Origin: a bacterium
Lineage (GTDB): Bacteria; Desulfobacterota; DSWW01
Direction: 5' to 3'
Length of the DNA stretch: 43,826 nt
Assembly (NCBI GenBank): GCA_040756235.1
Contig: JBFLZG010000082.1
Location: 1-43,826 of the forward strand
In this document: positions 19,113 to 26,715 of the stretch, in pieces
Layout: each line of letters begins with the position of its first letter
Position numbering within the stretch: position 1 is the stretch's first letter
Notes under the pieces: model-generated
The model's input: only the letters and a program-made list of their open reading frames with translations
Database searches by the model: none
Told to the model about the DNA's origin: nothing
Made by a program: the position numbers and the translations under genes

Positions 19113-19961
19113 ATGTCCCTGAGGGGCTCCGCCGTGGGCAGGATGGCGCCGGAGGGCTACTCCCTCTACGCTTCCACCAAGGCGGCGCTGGACAGGTTCG
19201 CGGAGGGGTACCGACGCGAGATGGATCCCCATGCCCATCTCTTGCTGGCCTATCCCCTGGCCACCCGATCCGACTTCTATCGCCGCGCGGGAGGCCCCCC
19301 CATCCCCTGGCCCTCCCAGACTCCCGAGCAGGTGGCACGCGCCATGGTCAAGGGAATCACCCGGGACAAGGAATCGATTTACGCATCGTCTTTGCTCACG
19401 GTGATGCTGGCGGCAAACCGCCAGCAGGCTGTGGTCGAGGTCGATATCGGCTGCGAGAGGATGTACCTGGCGGAGACCGAAAAGGACGGCGCCCGGCTCG
19501 CGAACCCCTTCGAGTTGAGGTCCGGCCTGACCCTGGAGGAAACCAAGGCGAGACGTCTTGGGTACCTCCGGATCTGGCCTCGATCCCCTCAGGCCGAAAC
19601 TCGCCCCCTGACTTTGGCGGAATACAGCTCAGTCAACCCGCACTCGAGATCCAGGAGAGATGACGAGTTCCGAGTACTGCCCAATCTTGGTTCATGCAGG
19701 AGCAAGCTATCTGGAACCAGAGAGCGCTATTTGTGGATGAACATCGGAAGGAGAGATATGACTTTCCGTGAAGGGCGGCCCGCCTTTGTTCAGCGGTTTG
19801 GGCGAGCCCCTGGCGTTTTCGTGAGCGCTTACCACGAGCATCGATATCTTGAACCAGCGCTGCCGGGGCGTCCGGAGCCCGGCCGACCCCTTCTGATCGG
19901 GGCGCATAGCTTGCCTTTCCTCGCGGCCTATCCCGCCGGCAACGTCATCTTCATTTCCTGA
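19113..19961 (+). pseudogene. Chimeric ORF: SDR oxidoreductase C-terminal fragment fused to unrelated sequence
   Basis: GSAVG...YASTKAAL (S...YxxxK) and QTPEQVARA present, but the N-terminal Rossmann GxxxGxG is missing; sequence after ~19410 unrecognised. Confidence 0.55.
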
Positions 19962-19980
19962 GGTAACAACTTGATTCTAT

Positions 19981-20010
19981 TTGACACATCACCTATCGTC
20001 ATGCCATATT
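19981..20010 (+). promoter_or_regulatory. Sigma70-type promoter facing the cassette array (Pc-like position)
   Basis: TTGACA(19981-86)-18 bp-CATATT(20005-10) with a TGn extended -10. Confidence 0.55.
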
Positions 20011-20069
20011 CCGGCCCGGCGAACCGATCCCGTCCCACCCCATTATGGGGGCCCGCTCAATTGATCGCT

Positions 20070-20089
20070 CAACTAATCAAGGTTTAGGC
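20070..20089 (+). mobile_element. attI-like / first-cassette core site
   Basis: CAACTAATCAAGGTTTAGGC; TTAGGC (20084-89) is complementary to cassette 1's R'' GCCTAAC (21047-53); no attC-like stem upstream. Confidence 0.45.
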
Positions 20090-20119
20090 ACAAGCCAGAT
20101 ACTTGAGGAGAAGCGCGAA

Positions 20120-21052
20120 ATGGCCACAATCGATTTTAGGAGGGCTCTCCGCCTGTACGGCGCCTGGACAGCCCAAACCGATGGCAAGAAGATAACCTAC
20201 CAACGCGGAGAGGCGGAGGCCGCGAGCCACGGGCTCTTGCTCCTGGGGCGGTCTGTAGACGACGGAATAATCGAATGCTCCGTGTCCCTTCCAGAGCCGT
20301 CTGACAACAGCGGCGCCTTCGTAGTTTTCCGAGCGAGCGGACAGGAGAATTACTACGCGGCTGGCTTGGGTGGTTGGGACGGCGCCTACACGTTGCTGGA
20401 GGGGCACCATCTCTCCTGGACACGGCTCAGCAGTGCGGGCGCAATCTCAAACCTTGAAGCTGGACGCGCGTACAACCTCAAGCTCGCTCTCGATGGACAG
20501 CGCCTCCAACTCATAGTCGACGACGTGAAGGTCCTCGACTTTAGTAGACTCAGCAGAACAGGCGGGGCCGGAATCGGGCTTCTGGCATTTCGCGGCTGTC
20601 CGTCTGCCGAATTCGGCCCGATGAAGATCGATGATCGCCGTCCCAATGCCTTCATCGCGATGCAGTTCTCGGAGCCATACAATGAGGTGTACAGGGACGC
20701 CATTCGCCCGTTGGTCGAAGAGATCGGTTACGAACCCCTCCGTGTCGACGAAATATCCCAACCGGGCATCATTCTGAACGACATCTGGACGCAGTTAACG
20801 GAAGCATCCGTGGTGATCGCTGAAGTAACGGAAGCGAACCCAAACGTTTACTACGAGATCGGTGTAGCTCATGCTCTCAAGAAGCCAACGGTGCTGCTGG
20901 CTCAGAAGGGAACGAAACTGCCGTTCGACCTTGGTCCGCACCGGTGCATTTTCTACGAGAACTCAATCCCAGGGCGCGCCAGGCTACTCGATGCGCTTCG
21001 GGCTTCCCTTGGAGCAGTCCTCGGGATCAGCGTGAGTAAGGCGGATGCCTAA
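20120..21052 (+). CDS. Beta-sandwich (ConA/DUF1080-like) domain fused to nucleoside 2-deoxyribosyltransferase-like domain
   Basis: N-half SGAFVVFR...YYAAGL...YNLKLALDG..LQL.VDD...GGAGIGL; C-half AFIAMQF...RVDE...VVIAEVT.ANPNVYYEIGVAHALKKPTVLL...LPFDL; stop TAA lies inside attC R''. Confidence 0.85.
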   Translation: MATIDFRRALRLYGAWTAQTDGKKITYQRGEAEAASHGLLLLGRSVDDGIIECSVSLPEPSDNSGAFVVFRASGQENYYAAGLGGWDGAYTLLEGHHLSWTRLSSAGAISNLEAGRAYNLKLALDGQRLQLIVDDVKVLDFSRLSRTGGAGIGLLAFRGCPSAEFGPMKIDDRRPNAFIAMQFSEPYNEVYRDAIRPLVEEIGYEPLRVDEISQPGIILNDIWTQLTEASVVIAEVTEANPNVYYEIGVAHALKKPTVLLAQKGTKLPFDLGPHRCIFYENSIPGRARLLDALRASLGAVLGISVSKADA

Positions 21053-21107
21053 CAACAGCATGCAGCCGAGGGCGCTGCGCACCGCCTCTGATGCTGCGGG
21101 GTTGGGT
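21047..21107 (+). mobile_element. attC site 1
   Basis: R'' GCCTAAC; CAGCAT(G)CAG (21056-65) pairs with CTGATGCTG (21088-96) leaving one extra base; R' GTTGGGT (GTTRRRY); 61 bp. Confidence 0.85.
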
Positions 21108-21150
21108 TGCTTTCTAGTATTTTGCTGATGATAGAGTAAGGAAATCCGCT

Positions 21151-22329
21151 ATGCTTAAGATACTTGGGTTGGAGCTGAAGAACTTCGCTCAAGTACCTAA
21201 CAAGCTCAGGGATAATCCGAGCAAGAATCACCCGAGTAATCAAATCGGAGCAAATCTTGGAACGGTATGCCACCATCTCTATCTTGATACATACGGTATT
21301 GCTCCACCAGACCCAAATCCTGCGTATTGCCTTTATTCGCCAATGTTCACAGCAGACCCCCGCCTCCGAGTCATCCGAAATGGTTTGGGCAGCCACAAAG
21401 AAGCAAAAGTGGGAGAATACAATAGATTCGGCAAGGCTTTTTGCAGATGGTTTCTATACGAGCATTGCGGCATAACGTACTTCGCTCACATGGATGACAT
21501 TTTGGGAAAACATCTGCACCCAGGATTTGGTGACTTCAGGGTCATCCGGACCTGTGAGGGAGATACACCGGACTACTTCTGTGCCGAGAGCACGACAAAA
21601 TTGTTTCTAGCTGAGGCAAAGGGCACTGCTGCTTCAATCAGTTTCAAGAGCGCCAAATTTACAGAATGGCGGAACCAGTTCAAACGAGTCACCATCACGA
21701 ACTCATCCCGGAACACGTTTTCAATAAAGGGCTACATCGTTGCAACTAGGATCGTAAGTGAGTCACAACCAAGAACAATCTCCAAGTTACTTGCAGAAGA
21801 CCCCTGGTCGAGGGGGCAAATCCCTATTGACGAGAACGCAGCTGCTACCATTGGGCGCTTGATAGTCACCCAGCATTACGCAAACATTCTTGAGAAGCTC
21901 CGGTTTCCTTTACTCGCCTTTGCCTTGCGCAATGCAGCTGTCCTACCTGCCGAACTGGGCATACGAGTCGGAGTATGGCGATGCCCTATTCCACATCTGA
22001 AAGAACACAGATTCGTGGGCGGTTTCTTTTCTCCTAAGGATGCTCCTGTGATTGGCAGGTTTTTCTGGGAATCCCCCTTCCGTCCTTACCGTGACGTCAG
22101 CCTATACCCGAGCCTTGACCTAAGTGCAGGAGGCTTCACATTCTTTGGCCTTGAAATGGAGATTTTTAAAGCTGTCAGGAAGATTACACTGCTCAACGCA
22201 CAGGCTACAGATGGAGTACGCCCTCTGGCTGTCAAGGATGATTTGCCAATAGGCTTTAGCCTTTTGAGAGACGGTTCAGTTATTGCCCCTCTTGAGTGGT
22301 TCGTTTTTGAGGGGGTAACCGAACTCTAG
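21151..22329 (+). CDS. Hypothetical protein with PD-(D/E)XK nuclease-like motif
   Basis: GEYNRFGKAF...TPDYFC...LFLAEAKG; AT-richer codon usage than the host genes. Confidence 0.65.
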   Translation: MLKILGLELKNFAQVPNKLRDNPSKNHPSNQIGANLGTVCHHLYLDTYGIAPPDPNPAYCLYSPMFTADPRLRVIRNGLGSHKEAKVGEYNRFGKAFCRWFLYEHCGITYFAHMDDILGKHLHPGFGDFRVIRTCEGDTPDYFCAESTTKLFLAEAKGTAASISFKSAKFTEWRNQFKRVTITNSSRNTFSIKGYIVATRIVSESQPRTISKLLAEDPWSRGQIPIDENAAATIGRLIVTQHYANILEKLRFPLLAFALRNAAVLPAELGIRVGVWRCPIPHLKEHRFVGGFFSPKDAPVIGRFFWESPFRPYRDVSLYPSLDLSAGGFTFFGLEMEIFKAVRKITLLNAQATDGVRPLAVKDDLPIGFSLLRDGSVIAPLEWFVFEGVTEL

Positions 22330-22365
22330 TAAATTGCCTCGACACATATGAGGGACTTCTCGCCA

Positions 22366-22438
22366 ACCCAACTACCACCTGAAGCGAGTGGGCCCTCAGG
22401 CTTCGGGCTCCGGCCACTGCTCGGGCAGAACGTGGCTG
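22366..22438 (+). mobile_element. attC site 2 (R' degenerate)
   Basis: R'' ACCCAAC is the exact complement of upstream GTTGGGT; CCTGA(A)GC/GCTCGGG and AGTGG(G)CC/GGCCACT arms; R' reads GTGGCTG. Confidence 0.72.
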
Positions 22439-22500
22439 GCACAGGTTGATGACTTTCAGACATTCAAGTCCAGATCAACCAACGTCCATCCGAGGTATCA

Positions 22501-22700
22501 GTGATCAGCATTAAGGCCGAAACAATTCTTGAGCTTCCGATCGAGAGCTTTGCTCTAGTGGTGCTTGGAAATTCTTCGGGTGCGAACCCTTTGGATTATT
22601 CTAGCTGACTTGTTGATGCGGATTCTGGATTCGGTCGAGCGAACGCGTAAGCGTCGGCTTGGGTAGTGAGGGCCGGAAGTGGCCTGCAACGATCTCCTTC
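22501..22700 (+). pseudogene. Decayed cassette ORF
   Basis: GAGGT RBS then GTG: VISIKAETILELPIESFALVVLG...SS*LVDAD...ANA*ASAWVVRAG, with two in-frame stops. Confidence 0.35.
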
Positions 22701-22768
22701 TCGGCAGACGGAATCGCAATTGTAGACGGCCTCATGAGCGTGTCTGGTCTGGTTAGGTTACAGAAGGG

Positions 22769-22825
22769 GAGCCCGCTGCGAGACTGCCGAGCGCTATCGC
22801 CGGGTGCGGCGGGGACTCGTTGGGG
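22769..22825 (+). mobile_element. attC site 3 remnant
   Basis: CCCGCTGC/GCGGCGGG stem then GTTGGGG (22819-25), 18 nt before the next ATG; R'' not recognisable. Confidence 0.4.
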
Positions 22826-22842
22826 CGGATGAGAGGTTCACC

Positions 22843-23556
22843 ATGATCGATAAGTACATCGCTATCAACCGGCACCTTCGGGCGATTGCCGCACGCTGCC
22901 GCGATGCCATTGAATCCCAATCTTATGACGACAACGGTTACGTTGTAGGGGTTGTCACCGATTACATCCAACGAGATGTCCGTGACCTTCTTCATGCGTG
23001 GCCAGTTGACCTTGACACCGCAATGGTTCGAGAGATAGGCCAACGGGTCAGGAACTCGAACGGTAAGCAGGATAGCCTGCAAGAGATCCTTACCGATGTG
23101 CTGCCCACGGCTGAGGATCAGATCGACGAATACTTCGCGTCGAGGCCCTCGGGAGACCTATCTTCAGCTGTAGTCGATCTCCTCCACACTACCATCTTCG
23201 AGAGTTCTTACGCTCACTTTCGGGCAGGGCGCTTTCGTGACGCTGTTTTTAATGCAATACTCGCAGTATTCGATCTGCTGAGGTCGAGAACCGGGCTCCA
23301 GAAGGACGGTGCGCAACTTGTGGCAGAGGCCCTTTCCCTTGAACGCCCGAAGCTCATTATCTCAACACTCAGCACCGAGTCTGGGCAGAGCGAGCAGAAG
23401 GGATTCATCCAGATCCTTCAGGGGGCATACTTGGGGGTTAGAAATCCGAAGGCTCACTCTCTCATGTCCGATCTCGATACCGTTAAGGCCGGCCAATATC
23501 TGGTGTTTGCGAGTCTACTCGCAAGGAGAATTGAAGAGGCCCAACTGGTGGTATAG
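22843..23556 (+). CDS. TIGR02391/Hypoth_Ymh family protein (HEPN-like)
   Basis: GAGAGG RBS; LH..I...S..HF..G.FRDAV, R.RTGL.KDG..LV, SEQKGF, GVRNPKAH (RxxxxH), LVFASLL. Confidence 0.9.
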   Translation: MIDKYIAINRHLRAIAARCRDAIESQSYDDNGYVVGVVTDYIQRDVRDLLHAWPVDLDTAMVREIGQRVRNSNGKQDSLQEILTDVLPTAEDQIDEYFASRPSGDLSSAVVDLLHTTIFESSYAHFRAGRFRDAVFNAILAVFDLLRSRTGLQKDGAQLVAEALSLERPKLIISTLSTESGQSEQKGFIQILQGAYLGVRNPKAHSLMSDLDTVKAGQYLVFASLLARRIEEAQLVV

Positions 23557-23559
23557 GTC

Positions 23560-23672
23560 CCCTAAGAAGCGGGACCACTCGGTCCGCCATGGTTTTCGGC
23601 GCCTCTAAGGTGGATCATTCAGTTTGTTTCAGTCGTCCGGTGATCTGGATCATGGGGCCTCATAGGTTAGAC
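23560..23672 (+). mobile_element. attC site 4 (degenerate)
   Basis: CCCTAAG 4 nt after the stop (approximately complementary to GTTGGGG at 22819); CCGGTGATC L'-like box; GTTAGAC (23666-72) just before the TIR ATG. Confidence 0.5.
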
Positions 23673-23675
23673 GGA

Positions 23676-25121
23676 ATGCTGTACGACGTGTTTATCTGCC
23701 ATGCTTCGGAAGACAAGGATTCGTTTGTCCGCCAACTGGCCGATGCACTCACCGCTGAAAACGTAGCCGTCTGGTACGACGAATTCTCACTCAAGCTGGG
23801 CGATTCCATCCGCATGGCTCTGGATAAGGGTTTGAGGCATTCCCGGTATGGTGTCGTCGTGATGAGTAATGCCTTCTTCAAGAAGAAGTGGCCTCAATAT
23901 GAACTCGACGGTCTCGCTGAGAGGGAGATGACAGGCAACGAGAAAGTGCTCCTGCCGGTGTGGTATGGAATATCCCATGATGATGTCATGAAATTCTCGC
24001 CGAGCTTGGCCAATAGGAAAGCCGTTTCCGCCAAAGAGGGTATGGAAACCGTAGTCAAAAGCATATTGAAGGTGATTCATCCAAAGGGCAGCCCCTTGCT
24101 TATTGCACGGGACACCTTGATCGAGTGGGGGCTAAAGCCTCCGGTAGTCACTGATGAGTACTGGCTCAACATTATTGAAGCATCGAACCGCCACCCCGGG
24201 TATGGGCCGCGAGTACCCAAGGAATCCTCATGGAAACGATGGAGCTTCCCCCTGCCACAAAAAGACCTTGGTCCTCGAGCGTGGGGCGAGAGACTCGCAT
24301 GGACCGCAATGCAACTGAACTGGACACAAGCGGCAGACAAGATCCCGATTTCGCCGATGACCCCGTCAGACGAAATGCACAATTTCATCAATTCTTACCC
24401 AGGACTCCATGAGACATGCGCGGCATTTCCTGAATTGCTTGCTGAATACGCTCCGCAGCTTACGATCAGATCTTTAAGCGGCGATCTTGATAAGCCCATC
24501 GAAAAAGCGTACCTGAAATCGTGCGCCAAGGCTGAGAACAACCGCGAGGGTGGTTCCACATACGGTTCGGCGCTGACTGTCACCGGAAAAAGTCCGCTGT
24601 GCGACGAGGAATGGGCTCTAAGACATCCTACCTACGGCGATTACCAAGCGGATATCGTTTCACACGCGTACTTTCATGGTGGCGTATTCGGTCCGTCGGT
24701 AAGCCCATATGAGGACACAGACCACTGTATTTGGCTGCTTTCGTCCGCCAGCGCTTGGCTCCCAAGACAGATCCGCGCCATTCTCCTAAAAGGGGCACTT
24801 GATTTTCATTCTTGGCCTTGGGGTTACATGCGCACCAATAACAGAGAGAAATGGGCAACCAACGGCACCTTGTCCAAGGCATTGTATCACGCAGCGGAGG
24901 GCAAGAGGTTCCGCTGGACGAAAGAGATCGAAGACGACGTCCTCCACAGACTACGCCATTCAAAGAGAATTCTTAGGCTTCCGGAGAGCTCGCTGTCACT
25001 CCTTCAGCGTTTTAGGGAAGTCGATTTTCCCGGGCGTTGGGTCGAGTCCGAACGTAGGCTAAAAAAGAGGCAAAATAGCAGAGAGTCCACAACAAAACGA
25101 TGTCCCAGGACGCGGCGCTGA
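23676..25121 (+). CDS. TIR domain protein with uncharacterised C-terminal domain
   Basis: YDVFICHASEDK, VWYDEF.LKLGDS, GVVVMS.AFF.KKWPQYELDGL (catalytic-position E), LLPVW; ATG 23676 in frame with ORF 23589. Confidence 0.9.
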   Translation: MLYDVFICHASEDKDSFVRQLADALTAENVAVWYDEFSLKLGDSIRMALDKGLRHSRYGVVVMSNAFFKKKWPQYELDGLAEREMTGNEKVLLPVWYGISHDDVMKFSPSLANRKAVSAKEGMETVVKSILKVIHPKGSPLLIARDTLIEWGLKPPVVTDEYWLNIIEASNRHPGYGPRVPKESSWKRWSFPLPQKDLGPRAWGERLAWTAMQLNWTQAADKIPISPMTPSDEMHNFINSYPGLHETCAAFPELLAEYAPQLTIRSLSGDLDKPIEKAYLKSCAKAENNREGGSTYGSALTVTGKSPLCDEEWALRHPTYGDYQADIVSHAYFHGGVFGPSVSPYEDTDHCIWLLSSASAWLPRQIRAILLKGALDFHSWPWGYMRTNNREKWATNGTLSKALYHAAEGKRFRWTKEIEDDVLHRLRHSKRILRLPESSLSLLQRFREVDFPGRWVESERRLKKRQNSRESTTKRCPRTRR

Positions 25122-25175
25122 GCGTGTGAGGACGATTCTCCGCGGCAGTTCGCGCCGCGCCGGTGATCGTTAGTA
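25087..25175 (+). mobile_element. attC site 5 (R' lost or degenerate)
   Basis: CCACAAC; AACGAT(25096-101)/ATCGTT(25166-71) and CGCGGCGC(25111-18)/GCGCCGCG(25152-59) arms; GGTGATC L' box; overlaps the TIR ORF end. Confidence 0.68.
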
Positions 25176-25536
25176 CCTATTATCAACATCAAAAAGCAGT
25201 CGAATATAAAGGTGCCCGTTATGCGAGGACGCAAGTGCGGACTGCTGGGTTGCGGCTCACGGTTGATCGCCCTCCCCATGAGTTCACGTCGGACATCCAC
25301 ATATTGAGTCCGAAGCCTCCTGCTTGGGATTTCAGATAATGCTTATTGATCGCTAAGGTGGAGGCAGGAGTCCTGGCGGCGGATGCTTATGGCATGGCCG
25401 TGTGTCACTATTGCAGGAGAAGCGTCGTGAGAATCGCTGAGTCCTTGTCCTTCTCGGGGCCCGACTGAGCCTGGCGTCGGGATCGACCGGTCGGCTTATC
25501 TTGAAGCACGTTGAAGGGTGGGGTTCGGGGGTCAAG

Positions 25537-26427
25537 ATGTCCAGAGACGAAATCCGATCCATCCGTGAGATGCTTGCGGCTTACCCGTGGGGACCGGAGA
25601 CGCCGATCACCACAATGAGAACGCTCATGGATCAGTTTTCGGTCTTCTTCCCTTTGCCGGAAGGCGTGCGGGTGGAAGCGGTCGATGCTGGAGGCGTTCC
25701 GGCGGAGCGGCTGAGGGCGCCGGGGGCGGCTGATGACGCGGCCCTGCTTTACCTCCATGGTGGCGGATATGCGCTCGGGTCTCCCACTTCGCACCGGCAT
25801 CTGGCTGCGGCACTATCGGCCGCGTGCTCCGCATCGGTTCTCTGTCTGCAGTACCGGCTGGCACCCGAGGACCCGTTCCCGGCGGCGGTGGAGGACGCCG
25901 TGCGAGGCTACCAGTGGCTGCTGGCGCAGGCGATCCCGGCTGGCAGGATCGCGGTCGCGGGGGATTCGGCCGGCGGCGGCCTGACCGTTGCAGCCTTCGT
26001 GGCCCTGCGCGATCAAGGGGACCGGCTGCCGGCGGCGGGCATCTGTCTGTCGCCCTGGGTGGATCTGACCTGCACGGGCGGCTCTCAGGAAAGCAAGCGC
26101 TACAGGGATCCGATCGTCAGCCGCGAGAACCTCCTTCGGTATGGCTCCCTCTATCTCGGGGACCGGGACGCGAAGACACCTCTGGCCTCCCCGCTCTTTG
26201 CGGACCTGGCGAAGCTGCCGCCGTTGCTGATCCAGGTGGGCAGCGATGAGGTGCTGCTGGACGACGCGGTCCGGCTCGACCGCCGGGCCCGCGATGCCGG
26301 AGTGGAGTCGACCCTGGAGATCTGGGAGGGAATGATCCACGTCTGGCATGCCTTCCACCCGATGCTGGAGGAAGGACGAGAGGCCATGGCGCGCATCGGG
26401 AGCTACTTCCGCTCCCATATGTGCTGA
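25537..26427 (+). CDS. Alpha/beta hydrolase, HSL family esterase/lactonase
   Basis: YLHGGGY, YRLAPE.PFPAA, GDSAGG, EVLLDD, GMIHVW. Confidence 0.95.
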   Translation: MSRDEIRSIREMLAAYPWGPETPITTMRTLMDQFSVFFPLPEGVRVEAVDAGGVPAERLRAPGAADDAALLYLHGGGYALGSPTSHRHLAAALSAACSASVLCLQYRLAPEDPFPAAVEDAVRGYQWLLAQAIPAGRIAVAGDSAGGGLTVAAFVALRDQGDRLPAAGICLSPWVDLTCTGGSQESKRYRDPIVSRENLLRYGSLYLGDRDAKTPLASPLFADLAKLPPLLIQVGSDEVLLDDAVRLDRRARDAGVESTLEIWEGMIHVWHAFHPMLEEGREAMARIGSYFRSHMC

Positions 26428-26715
26428 AGCGGCGCCGGGGCGCTCAGCAGGCCGTCAGCCGTTGTACTTCTTGTCATAATTGAGGCCAGCCCTTCCTCAA
26501 TGCTGGGGAATGCCTCCGGAGGTCGAGAGCTCCTCCAGTATCTTGCCGCTGCTTCCGTCCACCAGCTGCATCTGGAGCTGAAGGTCGCCCGGGCTGACGG
26601 GCTCCCCTTTCCACCCCCGGATCCCGGGGCGGGCGGGGCAGGCGGGGCCCTCCAAGGTCCCGCGGAAGCGGTGCCGGGACGAGGAGGGCCCGCTTCCGTT
26701 CTCCCCGAGCGCGGG

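Larger units (their letters stand above)
20070..25175 (+). mobile_element. Degenerate integron cassette array without intI in window (CALIN-like)
   Basis: Co-oriented lower-GC ORFs each followed by an attC-like imperfect palindrome; R'/R'' complementarity within cassettes 1 and 2. Confidence 0.78.

Noticed and set aside
19400..19980. Possible intI remnant upstream of the array
   Set aside because: No IntI or tyrosine-recombinase motifs recognised by eye on either strand; a tBLASTn would be needed to exclude it fully
23589..23675. N-terminal extension of the TIR ORF, and similar extensions of ORFs 20045 and 22804
   Set aside because: These translate attC/attI DNA; downstream ATGs match the domain starts
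20120..25121. Calling the island a known system (Thoeris, CBASS, R-M)
   Set aside because: No ThsA SIR2/Macro, CD-NTase or methyltransferase, and the genes are separated by attC sites rather than coupled as an operon
25176..25330. Additional attC or cassette (GTTATGC at 25218, GGTTGCGGCTCAC)
   Set aside because: Isolated boxes with no matching arms and no ORF; too degenerate to call
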